Shown: piece by piece, positions 1 through 14,100 of the stretch
Numbering within the stretch: the stretch's first letter is position 1
How the letters are laid out: every line of letters begins with the position of its first letter
Source: Yuukianura sp. NJ FZ-2021
Taxonomy: Eukaryota
DNA length: 64,000 bases
Assembly: GCA_046563655.1 (NCBI GenBank)
Contig: CM102286.1
Coordinates: forward strand, 9,610,001-9,674,000
Reading direction: 5' to 3'
Notes under the pieces: model-generated
What the model was told of the DNA's origin: nothing
The model's database searches: none
Seen by the model: the letters and a program-made list of their open reading frames with translations, nothing else
Position numbers and translations under genes: made by a program

Positions 1-35
1 CTACCCCTCACAAAAATTAGTTTTTACTGCATTTC

Positions 36-2554
36 TTATTGAATGTTCTTGGTGATCCATGCGAGGAAGTCAGTCACACGGGAATAACTATAAAAATGTA
101 TTAAAAATTAATTAATTGCATATAATTAAATACATTATTTTCCAACTTACACTCCGGGGAACCTTCCACATCCGATGCCCCATGAGACAATTCCGATTTG
201 TTCAAAATAATTTCCAGATTTGTGTGACATTAGTGGACCGCCAGAGTCTCCGCGACAAGCGTCGCGACTGTACGACCCAGCGCACATCTAAAATTCAAAA
301 AAGAAAGTCAGGCATCATCTTTTTGTTGAAATTTTTCAAAATTTTGAAAGTTCACACCATGTGCTCAGTGATTCCACCGGGAGCCTGGTGACCATACTTC
401 TGTCTGCATTTTTCGTTTGTCCAAATGTCAATTTTGACTTCACGTAATGTTGAAGGTTGTCCTCCATGTTCACTTATGCTTCCCCATCCTGAAGAAATTC
501 AAAAATATTTGAAAGTTCTGGTTTTAAAAACGCGAAATTTTCAAAATTTCGATCTCTTCTCACCTGCTACAACTGCTTCCTCGTTTGCAAAACGATTCTA
601 TCCTTTTGTAAGACAAATTGGTGCAATGTAATTTGAAAATGTAACTGGGCTGTCTAGTTTCATTACAGCCACATCATTGTGCTAAAAAAGTAAAAAAAAA
701 ATCAAAGATACATCATATTCATAACAACAAATTTCAATTTTTAATTGTCTTACGAGCGTTTGATGACTAAAGTATCGATGTCTGACGAGTCTTGCAACTT
801 TTTTGACGACTGTCGTTTGTGAAAGTTGATGAATGTTGTGTGCTCCTAGGAGGACGCGAACCCTCGCAACATCATGAGCCTGCATGTGACTAACACAGTG
901 CTAAATTAACAAAATGCGGAAATAATTAGTTAATTGATTAAATACAATTAATTGACACCTTTTAATCAAGTAAATTTGAATACTACACTTACTGCTGCAG
1001 TCAGAACATGCTGACTGTCAATTAACGACCCACCACAAAATCTGCAATAAAATTGTGCAAAAACTCAATTTAACAAAAAATACCTTACAAAAATCATGCT
1101 TTTCCAAAAATTTCAAAAGTTCAAAATTTTAGAACACAAAAAATTCAGAATTTGTAACTCACTGCTTGTGCCCGTTCATTAACGCCACCTAAAAATAAAA
1201 CATATAATTGTAACCTCGTTTATAAGTAAAATATTTAGGTTTGTGCCATCGCATCGGTTAGAAGACAGAAACTATTATGTAAACGGCGTTTTCCTTCAAC
1301 AACGTTTAAAACGAAAGGTGCTGATGCAAAATTACGTGTTTGTTTGCTGTTGATGTAATACGTTTTATATGCAATGAAATGAAAAACATACAATCCATGG
1401 ATATTTGCCAGCAACAGCCTCCGTTCCACCGACAATTTTGGAAATGCCGCAACTGGATCCAACGAGTGGTCGAGCCGTTGTTGTTTTGAGTTGTCCTGGA
1501 CTAATTGTCGGAGGGCGGTGACCGAACGGCCTCAACTGTTGTGGAAAGTACCGAACCGTCGTTGTGTACCGAGTCGACGGAACCGTTGTTGTGTACCGTG
1601 TCGACGGAACCGTTGTTGTGTACCGTGTCGACGGAACCGTTGTTGTGTACCGTGTCGACGGAACCGTTGTTGTGTACCGTGTCGACGGAACCGTTGTTGT
1701 GTACCGTGTCCATGCTACGGCTGTGGTCGTCGTCGTTGAAGTTGTCGTCGTCGTTGTTGGAGGTGGGCGAGGTTGACACTGGTTTCGGCTGTTGTTTCGA
1801 ATCCTCCTTTGGACAGCAAATCAGCTTCCTTCGAAACTCAGCGTCTATAACATTTTAAAAAACGAACACTAGTTTCACAACTAAAGCTTCATCAGAATTT
1901 AGCGTCAAAATTTTGGAAGAAGTGGTTACCGGCTTTAAACAGGAACTGATTTGCAATTTCCTCGGGAGCGTCACATGGACCGCTGACCTGTGACCTCAAA
2001 ATCTCAGCCAAATTGGGATTCCTTAGAACCAAGTGACCCGTTTCATTTCCGGAATCTGCACTGTACAATACTGGATAACACTTTGACATGAGTGTACAGC
2101 GTCCCTCTTCTCCGCGAACAGTTTTGCATGGTTCTGAAAACGGATTTGGTTTCGCCTGGACATGTTCTGGTGCCTGAGGGCGTTGACCACCAAAGGGCCA
2201 CCCCGGTGGGAACCCGGGAAATTGTCCCACCCCAGTCACACTCACGAATTGGCGTCGAAATCGCCCGTTGCTTTCTTCTTCTAGCGATTGGTCAGCATCA
2301 TTTTCACTTGCGACATGGGCTACCCGGGTTTTAACATAAAATTAGTGAACCAAAGAAATTAAATCAATCAAAACAGTAACTTAAATGATACAATTATAGC
2401 GAATGTCGGGCTAAAACTCAACTTTACCTTCAACTACAACAGAATCCGCGTTATCCCAGTCGTTAGCGTTTGAAAACGCTAAAGCGCATGACAGACTGTT
2501 CAAAGCAGTCAGCACCACCAATCCACTAATTAAGCTCAGCGTTAGTGATTGCAT
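36..2554 (-). pseudogene. CLIP-domain trypsin-like serine protease (proclotting-enzyme-like), multi-exon, with a +1 frameshift and an in-frame TAG
   Basis: Signal peptide MQSLTLSLISGLVVLTALNSLSCALA (ATG 2554); clip cysteines (CKTVRGEEGRC...ICCP); Thr-rich linker; CGISK^IVGG activation site; triad motifs [33 protein letters not shown] 36-38; GT-AG introns. Frame change near 1776 and TAG at 598-600. Confidence 0.9.
1551..1710. repeat. 27-bp coding minisatellite, about 6 copies, encoding the TRYTTTVPS linker of the protease
   Basis: Unit GGAACCGTTGTTGTGTACCGTGTCGAC in tandem; the minus-strand frame continuous with IVGG reads TRYTTTVPS. Confidence 0.95.
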
Positions 2555-3307
2555 TTTTCACACCTCTAAAAATTTAGCAAATGGTCAAATTTTAACTTAT
2601 GAAATTAGTTAACTAAAATTAAACTGATTTGCAACTAATTTTTCATTAGTCGTTGCACAGAAAATAGCAACTGCACAATGATCCAAAAACTGTCAATTTT
2701 TTGTAAACTATTCTGTAATTGCAATTTTTTTTAGTTGCAAAACGAGTTTGAATGTATAAGAGACGCTGTCGACAGGTAGATGTGAACTGGATGATGTTTG
2801 AGACAGGAAGGAAGAAGAAGTTGAAGAATTTTTAAGACTTCCCTTTGTTTCCCTAGGCTGCAGAAGAATCATGATTTTCAATTACTTCTTAACGAGCTAC
2901 TTCAACCATCAAAACTCAAACGCCTTTTCAGAAGATCTTTACAGCATAGGCTATGATGCATCTGAAAAGTATTTCAATTGTCCATTCGAATTGGACTTAG
3001 CCGAGGGTAATAAATCAATTCAGAATCAAACCCAATCCACTCTACTCCCTTTTTTCTCCATAAGATGCAATGGATGATAATATTTTGGCTTTAGCACGTC
3101 AATAAATTCTGCCTTTGTACAAATGAAGGGAGGAATAACCCCGAAGTACATAAAAAATCGAAAGAAAACAATAACTTTCTTTCAAGCAGAAAATATAGCT
3201 TTGAAAACCATAATTTTCAAAGTTTCATTACTAAAATATGAACTTCAACTACGTTTTGTTTATTAGACTCTGTTTGTATTTCATGAAATTTGGTTGACCT
3301 TTGACCT

Positions 3308-3737
3308 CTAGACGAGTGTCGATGCTGAAGATGACGAAGAAGATGAAAGTGAATCTCTGTTGGCTCTCTTTTGTTTAGCAATTGCTTCCAATTCTTTTTG
3401 AATTTCCAATTTAGCATTTCCATCGTTTGCCCGAATAATGTCCGCCACGTAGTTGATTTTGTTGATTCGTCCATGAGCAATTTTCAAAATGCGTTGCAAA
3501 ATTTCTAAAAATTTGAAACTCAAAGTTAGAAAATCGTGTTTTTCGAAATTTCGATTTTGAAAATAGGCTGTACCAGGATATCCAGCCATGGCGACATTGA
3601 AGTCGGCTCTATGCAGAATATAGGCATTAACTTGACTTGTAGCAACGACTGACGCGACGCGCTTTTCGCTGGAAATAAGTGACAATTCGCCGAAAAAGTC
3701 TCCATCTTTTAAATGGCCAATCACACGGCCATTTTCA
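3308..3737 (-). pseudogene. Orphan C-terminal cyclic-nucleotide-binding-domain fragment (HCN/CNG-channel-like), 2 exons
   Basis: LKDGDFFGELSL...RVASVVA...LHRADF cNMP cassette; intron 3505-3573; only about 350 bp to the ZNF236-like stop, so no room for upstream exons; frame broken at 3738-3766. Confidence 0.7.
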
Positions 3738-4091
3738 GGTTAGGTGGTTAGGTTAGGCCATTTTCACCTTCATATGAGTGAGGTGATTAAACTTAATTAC
3801 TCAACTTTATACTGAAAAAACATGAAAAGATTTCCAAATATCCATAGTTTACATGATTACTTTTGTTCTATGCATATGGATCACAATAGTTCTCAGCCTT
3901 TACATAAGTAATCAAACAAAATTCAGTCTTAAATACTTTAAAATTACTTTCTTGACTTCTGGCTATGACATAACAGATAACAATGATAGATAAACTGGAC
4001 AAGTACTATTCGCATCAATCGCATCTTCGCATCTGACACTACAACCTTAACATTTTTACAAACTAAACTACAAACTTGTTAACTACATACG

Positions 4092-7000
4092 TTATACAAG
4101 CTGTAATGCTGATTTAGTAACCTTTGTCTGAAGATTTCCAACTACTTCGTTAAACTCGTCCCAACTGTTCGGATGAGCTCTAGAAAAATGTGTCTTCAGA
4201 TTAGGTTTCCGTTGAGTTGTATATGGACAGCGTGGACAGCGCAACTCAACCTTTGCTTTTGAATGCGTTTTCAAATGAGCTTCAAACGAGGCCTTCTGGA
4301 CAAAAGTTCGAGAGCAAACAGTGCATTTAAGTGACTGGGAAGCTTGACAATGCGCAGTCTTCTTGTGCTTGTCCAGGAGCGCCTTGGACGAGAAAGACTT
4401 ATCACAGACGGAACAGGTTGTTTCTGGAATCCCGTCCGTCGGAAGAATATATTCCTGACCAAGACTTGCATTTGGCAGAGTACTGTTAGAAGGTCTTGCT
4501 GCACTACTCATCATTTCATTATGGATAATGTACTGATGAATGTTGTCTGGCATGGTTATGGTGCCATTGACTTGATCAGTAGATCCTAGTACATTAACGT
4601 CGTATGCCAGGATATCTCTTCCCGATAGAATATCTGACGTTGAACCTTGAACCAGTTCCTGCCCAGGGAGCATTTCAATGATCATGTTCGTTCCATCGAC
4701 CACTTCTGTTTCTGACCCTTGTGGAAGGAAGATCACATTGGTGACGTTCTGCAGAAAACTGTCATCCACTTGTAACGAACTCATATCCAAACTGGCGAAA
4801 TGTACTCCGTCAAACTGCAATTGAACCCCATTGGGTATCTGACTATTCTCTGGCACATTGATGGTTTCAGCGGGAGTCTCTAATGCAGCCTGTACCCTTT
4901 GCTCCAGCTCCTCGATTTGCTGATTAATGGTGCATTGATTGTCTTTGATGGAGTCAACCGATGGCAAATTACCAGACTGGTTTGCAAAACCATTTTCTGT
5001 TTCCAACTTGTGTTTCCTAGCCTGCTTGAAGTGTGACTGGATGTGAGATTTCCGATGTCCACTGGTTCTAAATTGCCGAGTGCAGCTCGGGAAGGGGCAT
5101 GGATATGGCTGAAAAGAAAGCGAAACAATACCGGTGAATCTATGATACAAATAAAACTGAAGTAAAAGTAAAACAAAAGTGCAAGTTACCTTGAGATTCA
5201 GATGGCTTCTAAGATGGACACGTAAGCTTCAATTAAAGTTAAAGAGAATTATTTCATCAGCAAAATACTTCCGATTAGAACAAAAATAGTTGTCAATTTA
5301 TTTTTACCTGCTTTTTGTAGAGAATAAATTGGAACAAACGTGACACGCTACGGTTTTCTTTTTCTCATCATGCGTCCTCATGTGCGCTTGACGCGTGGAC
5401 TTGACACTAGAAATATTTTTTCTAAACGTTAATAATACTTCGTTGTGTAGTTCCTACGAGCTAGTACAAGGATATTTACCGGAAAGACTTTCCGCAGACA
5501 GAACACCTAAAGAATTCAATCATAATTACATTATTAGTCGAATAGTTGTTAGTACCAGAACAAAATGTTGCTATTTTCTCCAACCTGTATGGCTTCTCTC
5601 CAGTATGGATAAGGTAATGACGGTCAAGGTCACTTTTCTTTTTGAACTTGGCCTTACAAATCGGACAGCTTTTGTTGCCACTCGATTCGTCCGGACTGCC
5701 GACTCCATTTTCAACTTTCGATCGCCTCTGATAAGGCAACGTAGTCAACTCTGTATACAACTGTTCCGAAATAGGCCGAGTAACTTCTTGTAAATTTCTG
5801 ACTTCTGCCGTAGTCTCTCCAGTTTTGCCATCTTGTGCTTCCTTCTTAGCTGTAGGACTCTTCTTTTTTGTTACAGATACAGCGGATACTAACGAAGGTG
5901 TCTCTGGAGGCTGGCTAATCCTAAAATCATCTTCACCTCCAGTTTCTACCGTTGTATTAGGTTCTAGATCTGGAACGTATTCCGTCGATGCTTCTTGAGT
6001 AGGAGCTGACGAAGACTCAAACTCGTAAGACACAATTTGGTTCAGGCAGTTCCCTGTTTCGCTCCCAATCCCTTGTGAATCCTGTAAAAACTGCAAATCC
6101 AAGGACTCTCCGTGTTGCAGCTGAAAAAAAGCAGAAAGAGTCGTTTGAATAACACAAAGCGTGAATGGTAAATCTAACAACCCATCACCATTATGGTTTT
6201 ATGGTTACCTGCAAAGTAAATATAGACGAATCGAAGTTAGTTTCTTGGTCCATCGGTAAATCCAAGTTTTCGCCTGGATCGTCTTGGGAGTTAATTGTAG
6301 AAGCTAATAAGGTGTACTCAAGAATGTTGTCTCCGACAGAGTGATGTAATATTAGGGACTCTTCTTGACAAGGAACAGAGGAACTATTCGCGACATCACC
6401 ATCCGTTGAAATTGCCAGCTCTGGCTGCTGCTGTTGACTTAAGCCTTGTTGTTCCGTCTCCTGGCATGGCGTTATATTAATCTGGTTTGTCAGCACATGG
6501 CTCATTTCTAAAAGGAGAAAATAATTGTAGGTATAAATGAGTATGATCAGAATCGTATTTTTATAATAAAAAATAAATAACTTATTACCGGGAAATTCGG
6601 TTCCGTAAATTGTATTTAGGCCAGAAGTATCACAGACTTGCATGCTGGAAAACTGTTGAGAGAATTCCGTTGTAGAAGTGGATGTGGGCTGGGGTTGATT
6701 GATAAGCATAATTCCTTTTGCCGGATCGTTCAAGTCCGTGAGACCAGAATTTGCTTCATTTCTGTGGACTTTGATATGCTTCCTTGTAGCTACACTCGTC
6801 TTGAACGTCCTTGCACAATACGGGCATACAAAAAGGCGTTCTTCGACGTGCGTTGCCATATGCCTCTTTAAACTTCCATTTGTTGTAAACGCAAAGTGAC
6901 ATTGTTCACATCTGTAAGCCCTGACACCTTCGTGAGTTTTTATATGATTTTTCAGTACTCCACTGGAAATGAAGTTCCTACAAATAAGTGAGTATATTAC

Positions 7001-10000
7001 AAATCAAGGTCTAAGCAATATAACTCATTTCGATTTAGAAAGTTGCGTACTAACCGATGGCACTGAAGGCATTTATAAGGCCTTTCTCCGCTGTGACTTA
7101 GCATATGCTGCTTCAGATGAGACGATTTTTTATAGCTGGAGGTACAGTTAGCTTGGTTGCAACGAAAAGGGCGTGACGCTTCTGGAATTGGAACTCCGTC
7201 GGAAGTCGTCCTGCTTATTTTATTTGGGACAGGCACTAGACCTGAAACGCAAGTTAGATTAACCAATTACGAAATTACGATTTTGTGGAGTTCAACAAAT
7301 GATTGAATACGGCACTTACCAGCCGAAGTAATTTGGAGCGGGTCTGAAAGTTTGACATTCGATTTTGTGTCGCCAATTCGCAATAACTTTCTTCGTCCTG
7401 TGAGTCCCAGCGCTTGTCTGGTGTGAGTCTTTTGATGAACCCGACTAAGTATATTAGAAGAAAAAACAAAATGAAGATACTAGACGTACGCTTTAGGCTT
7501 TAGTTAACAATACTTATGAGTTTTTTCTTATGGTGAAAAAACGAATCGAATGAACTCACCGTTGGGTAGACGTTCGAAACTGCTTCCCACATTGCATGCA
7601 CTGAAATCTGAAAATAAATTGAGTAACGCTGTAAAGTCAACATATAAAATTACAAATAGAAATTATCGGGAAGATCAACTCACGGTTTAACCCCAGTATG
7701 CAGTCCTGAAAGTTAGGATATAAATATTTTTCATTTGAGGCTAAAATTGTGATTCGGATTATAACAAATAATAATAGAAGTGAACTTACGTTCGTGTGAC
7801 TTTAGTGAAGACAAAACGCTAAACTTCTTCTGACATACATTACAACTCAGTCTTTTGACGAGGTCGTGGGTTTTCAAATGCGTATTCAATGTAGACTTGA
7901 CCGCAAATGATTTTGCGCAAATATTGCACTACAAACAAAAGTTAACAAAAATTAGAACGAAAAGTTAAACTGTTTAGAAAAAAATAGTAGAATAGTCCAT
8001 CTGCAGATTACCCACATAGACATAACGTTCAAATTCTTACCGTATAAGGCCTCTCTTGCGTGTGTACCTAGTAGATAAAAACTCCATCATTGTTACGCTG
8101 AATTACTAGTATACAAGGTAAGCACTGTAATATTACCCGGATATGACGAATCAAGTCTGACGGTTTATGGAAAGACTTTGGACAAACAGGACATAGGTGA
8201 TACTTTTTCTGGCCAACTTTCTTCACTTTGAGTAAACATCGCTTCGGTGTACCCAGCGAATCGCCGTAAACACAGTTGACTTCATGGATCGTTGTTTCTG
8301 GAGGATGTATGGGCCCAGAGGTGGAAGGCGTTGGATCCTCCGAATGAGATGCTTCCTGCCTTGATTGTTGATTCTCGTGTTCGCTAGTGACAGAATTCGC
8401 GACACCTGAGTCGACTTCTGGATGATCTAGTTTCTCATTGTGAGATTTTCGATTGGAATTTCCTTCGTCCAAATCAGGAATCTGAGGATGTGATGGAATT
8501 GTTTCGCTTTCGGTAGTGACAACTGAATGTACACGGGCAATATGATGGTTTAGCGTAGCTAACCGCCGGTAAATACAAGCACATTCTTCACACTTAAATA
8601 CTTTTTCATTTTCTCCCGAGGGAATGTGGACCTTGACGATGTGACTCTTCAAATTACCGCGTTGGCTGAAGCATATGTTGCACATATGACACTTGAAAGG
8701 CTTCAGTCTTTGATGGCAGGCAAGAACGTGACTCTCCAATGTAACTTTTTGATTAAAGCTGCAAAAACAATGCAAGCTTATTAAGCTGAACTTCAGTCAA
8801 TAGCAAGTGAAATGACGATGTTTACCATTTATTACAGCTTGGATAAGAGCACTTGAATGGTTTTGCCCCGGAATGAACTCGGAAGTGTCGTTCTAGTTGA
8901 CTTGGCTGGAAAAATAAATTCGTTAATTATAAAAAAAACTAATTGCAGAAAACACGGAATTAGTAAAGAAATACCTTATCAAATGCCTTGGAACAAACAG
9001 AGCAGATTCTTTTCTTTTTCTGCTTCGAAATCGCAGAGCTCCAACTAGTAGATGAACTGCTGGACGTCAATTTTGTTTTGGATTTAGATCGAGATCGAGG
9101 CTTCTGCCTGGCAAACAGTTTCAGTTCTTTCCGGACGTCAGCATGTCCTTTTGAATGATCTCGTAGTAAAGCCTGTGAGTTGAATGTTTTACTGCAGAGC
9201 TTACATCGGTATACCATGCACTGCTGAACACGTGGGTTATGCTCCTCTACATATCAAAAAGACAAGAATTCAAATAAAACTTATCAATCCAAAGACCGTC
9301 ATTCAATTCTCAACGGGGTGTTGACTTTACTTACCCATATGATCATTTAATTTCGCAATAGTGGGTACTTCCTCTCCGCATTCGTTGCATACCAAGTTTT
9401 CTTCTCTTTCGTGTGTTCGTAGATGACTCTTCAGACTCGCTAAAAATAGGAATAAGAAGTAGAAAATGAATTCACAAAAATTTGCATAAAGACCTGAGTA
9501 ATTCCGAGAAAAAATTCTAGATCCTAATAATCCTAAACATTTGATATGAAGGTTTATAAGATTTTTTGCACTTTTAAAGCAAATATTCGTTAAGTGAAAA
9601 GAAAAACTATCAAACGAGCGTAAGTCGGGTTGAGTTCGATTTAATTGTTATATTTATAAACTGATTTACCCATTCGAGAAAATTTCGCCAGACAAACTTT
9701 GCATTGGAGTATTCCGGATTGTTCAGCGTCATGGATAATTAAATGGAGTTTCAAATTCATATCAAAATTAAATTCCATTACGCATTGTGGACAGCGGAAC
9801 GGTTTCTCGTCGACATGAGTAGCCTTGTGTTTCTTCAGCTGTTGATATCCCGGATATACTTCATGGCAGATGTTGCATGACAATGGAGCTGTTAGATTTG
9901 ACGCTTCGGCGGCAGGATGCCTGAACCCTTTCTCGCTTTCCGATGCTGTTTCTACTACAGTGGAATTTGTTGTTGCTGGCGGATGTAGCTCGGTAGTAAT

Positions 10001-10605
10001 AGAAGAAGATGCTGATAACAGCGATGGCTGTATCAAAGGAAGAGCAGAATCTTCGCTGTTGGTAGTTTGGACAGGTTCTTGCGTTTTCAATGAAGTTATA
10101 CATGGCTGCGTTTGGAACGATTTAGTGGAACTTTTCAGTTTTCCTAGTTGGTGTTGCAGGTTATCAGCTGACACTGACCTTTCATCAGTTGTTTGGAAAA
10201 CCTGGGGTATCTGGATCATTTGTATAGTCTAGAAATGAAAAAGAAGCATACAAAATTAAATCAACTAATTAATACATCATCACAGGATAATCAATATAAC
10301 AACCAATGATTTATAACAACCAATGATTTGGGGTGTGAATGTGAATTGTATTATACCATTGGATTCGAGGCGTCGATATAGCTTTGCGTTTGCAGTTGAG
10401 ATTGATCAAGAAGTATGTTTACAAACTGGGATGGATCGATGAGGAATGTTCCATTAGAATCGATTACGCCTTTGAATACAACTGAAGAGTTTTCGTCCAA
10501 AAAAGTCAGAAAATTGTCGCCAACTGTGAGGGGCATTTCTTCGGTTCCATTCGGAGTGAGATTAGTTTCGTTGACGGTGATGCTGACTTCATTGATAGTA
10601 TCCAT
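4092..10605 (-). CDS. ZNF236: Multi-exon C2H2 zinc-finger protein, ZNF236-like
   Basis: Many C2H2 fingers with HTGEKPY-type linkers. Distinctive fingers FHKPSDLIRHIRVH, CPYCARTFKTSVATRKHIKVH and FRTSGHRKSHIQSHFK match the ZNF236 family pattern. Canonical short introns. Confidence 0.85.
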
Positions 10606-13600
10606 TGTTATTTACGCTACCGCAGAAACCCCGGTCTAAATACTAATCCACAAAAAATAGGCTTTGTTCACATTAACGTCGTACGCCAGCTCGGCAGCTT
10701 TGGTTTGATAATCAAAATCAAACTTTGATTTTGCTAAATGGGCCGGCAACTTATTCACGAATCACGAACACGATTCACGAAGATAAGAAGAATCAAGAAG
10801 ATGTTTACTTGATGAGATCTCCTTGGCCTTATGGCGGTTACGATCTCCACCTCCACCAACCGATGATAGAACTCTCTAATCGGCTGTTTGAAAAAGAAAC
10901 TTTCGATAATTTCAATTTATCAATTTTTATTTTTGTGAATTGAATTTGCCACAATCTCAGAAGTAAACACAAAACGACCTTCTGTACTAGTAGGGCGGAA
11001 TTGCACCCGTTGTAGTAACCACACATGTCCGTGAAGTATGACCCCGGTTTCACCGGGGTTTCTTGAGGGGCTGACTATTTCTCGGAAATTAGCAGATACC
11101 TTTGAATCGCAAAAAATGCGATGTTACGGGGTAGGCCTAATTCTCGGAATCATCAGATATTGGTTAAAAATACAAAATGAAATAAGCAAATAGTAATTCT
11201 AAAAAAATGGCGTTCTGGTATGAAAAAACAAATACTAGTTTGTTTTTTTTTTACAAAATATAGCAAAGAAACGTGAATGTATAAATCGGATGTTGGATAA
11301 TACGATAATAGATAATTGGATATTGTATAACCTGGACTATTTTCAACCTCATTTTAAGTCTAATACCACTGGGTACACTTGTTTTATTCCTACTGAATTT
11401 TGTGAAATTTTTTTTAAAGAAAATTTTTACTTTCTTTGTAGTGGTGTTTTAAAAGAAAGTGCCCAAGTGCTGGAAAATTTAAGGAGCAAGAAGTGTATAC
11501 TATTTTCCCCCTAATTTGACCTTTGACTCCACTGGCACCTTGTTTTATGCGTCTACTACTTTTCGAAATTTTTTGAGTAAAATTTTGAAGTTTTTTGAAC
11601 TCTTTTATTGAAGCAAGGTGCTCCAGTGCTGGAACAGTTACAAAACGTGAAATGGATTATTCCCAACTTAATTTTGCGTATGACGCCGCTGGTGCTCTTT
11701 GTGTTAGACAACCAGAATTTTTAAATTCTTTTTAGTAAAATTGAGAAGTTTTTTGAACACTTCCTTTGAAACAAAGTGCTTCAGTGCTGGAAAACTTTTG
11801 AACCGTGAAATGGACTGTTCTCAACTTAATTTGGCTTATGACACCGCTAGAGACACTTGTTTAAAGCGTACAGATTTTTTTTTAAATATTTTATTTGTGA
11901 AAATTTTGACTTTTGAAACGCTACTCCGAAACACGGTGCTCCAGGGATTAGAACATTCCTGGAACGTTAAATGTGCTATTTTCAATCTAAATCGAAGCTT
12001 CCCACGATTGGAGCAACTTGTTTCAGTCGTACAGAATATTTTCTTTATATTTTTTAGTGAAAATTTTGACTTTTTTAAAAAATGTTTTTCTAACACAAAG
12101 TGCTTAGGTGATGAAAAATTTCTGTAACGTGAAATGGACTATTTCCAATCTTACTTGCCCTTCGACACCGTTTTAGTTGTACAGAATTTTTCAAAACATT
12201 TTAAAACATCAAATGTTGCATTCTTCAAATTCTACTCTGAAACAAAGTGCTTCAGTGCTGCAAAATTCCGAAAACATGAAATGGACTGTTTTCATGGAGC
12301 ATGACTTTTCACACCACTTAATGAATTTATTAATTAACCACATAATATTAGTTCTTTTTAAATGATGCTGAATATGCTATACGTAATGTGCAGTGAGTGG
12401 CACGAAAACGTGAACACCCCAACTCTGTTTCCTCGGTGATAATGAGAACTATGGAGGGAAATCCCGTCCCACAACAAGCTGAGTTGAGAATTCGAAATTT
12501 TGAGAAGCTTAATAAACTGTGTGCTTCATTCATTAATAATAATATACACTCTTGTGCCAAAATATACATTTGTAGCGTAAATAATATAATAGAAGGTGCT
12601 CCAGCGGTGTCAGGCCAAATTAAGTTGAGAATAGTCTATTTCACGTTTCGTAACTTTTCCAGCACTGGAGCACCTTGTTTCAATATAAGAGTTCAAAAAA
12701 ACTTCAAAATTTTACTCAAAAAAATTTCGAAAAGTTCTAGACCTAAAACAAGGTGCTCCAGTGGAGTCAAAGGTCAAATTAGAAGAAAAACAGTGCGCCT
12801 CATGCTACTTAAATTTTCCAGCACTGGAACACTTTTTTTTAAAACACCATTACAACGAAAGGGAAAAATTTTCTTTAAAAAAATTCACAAAATTCGGCAG
12901 GAATAAAACCAGTGTAACCCAGTGGTATTAAACTTAAAATGAAGTTGACAATGGTCCAGGTTATACAATATTCAATTATCAATTATCCAACATCCGATTT
13001 ATACAGGGTGTGGCAGCCAAAAGTAGACACCTCAATTATAAATATTTTATTTATTTTCGTAACTATGGGGCGAAACTTGCACCGAAGCGCAAAAAATTGA
13101 GCATCTGTGATACATGTACTGGTAAGATACAAGTACGTTATTCCAACTTAACCTAAACGAATTAGATTTGGCGCTCAAAGTTTGCCCAATACCTGCATAA
13201 AATTCAATTTTAAAATACAGTTTACGTAATCGGAAGTTAAGCCCACTTTTAGAAAACGCACCGGAAGTTATGATGGTTCATTTCTCTATTTAGGAAAAAA
13301 GTAGCTTCATCAGTGAAACATATCCTGGAAGTCAAAGTACTATACATATCAAATAAGAAACCGCAAAAACACATGCACGTTGTCATGTGCTTTTTCTCCA
13401 TAAGAAAAAAGAAGCTACTTATTCCTTCCTTCCTTCCCTGCAAAAAAAGGGAAGCTTCTTTTTTTGACAGCGAAGAAGCGGAGAATTTGAAATTGCACAC
13501 AATCGAAATCGTCACAGAAACCCATCGTGTTCTTAGAATCTCCATTTCTTAAAGCATGTAGCAACTTCATCTTTCTTTTTCAATAATTCGTCGGATTGAC

Positions 13601-14100
13601 CGTAAAGAAATTCCAGCATGACAGCTCATTTCCCACAGTGACAACTGTAGATTCATATTCACAAAGGCTAAAACACTGCCATCAATTCCATCGTTGGTTG
13701 CAGCCTACGAGCAACTTCGCACTCGGTTATTCAAATTTCTTAACTGCACTTGTTTTTTCCCTGTCATTTCGACTGTCCGAATCGCCGGAATTGGACGATT
13801 CGGATAAAGGCCCGCAAAATAATTCCTGACATTTCTTTTGAATTTTTGAATTTTATTTTACCAAATGGTGCCCTGTTGACAGGTCATTATACCATGGCGT
13901 CTTATGAAGTAGTGCTTATTTAATATGAACAGCTTTGAGCTTTAAGGTTACACAAGGAATTAAAAAAAATAACGAAGTAAGGTGAATTAAGTGTGTTTTA
14001 AAAAAAGAATTAAGAATTAAAAGTTTTAAGATTGAAATCGAAGTAAGCTGGAGTTTGAAATATTTAAAGTCGTAACTTAAAGTTTAAAAGTTTAAAACAA

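Noticed and set aside
598..600. Stop-codon reassignment (TAG read as sense)
   Set aside because: The same gene also has a frameshift, and the exons I translated in the other host genes contain no internal TAG.
1491..1858. Cys-, Val- and Leu-rich ORFs over the minisatellite
   Set aside because: These are shadow frames of the 27-bp repeat; only the Thr-rich minus frame connects to IVGG.
4591..10689. 20-nt near-match ACATTAACGTCGTAYGCCAG at 4591 and 10670
   Set aside because: It is short, has a mismatch and does not extend; compatible with chance.
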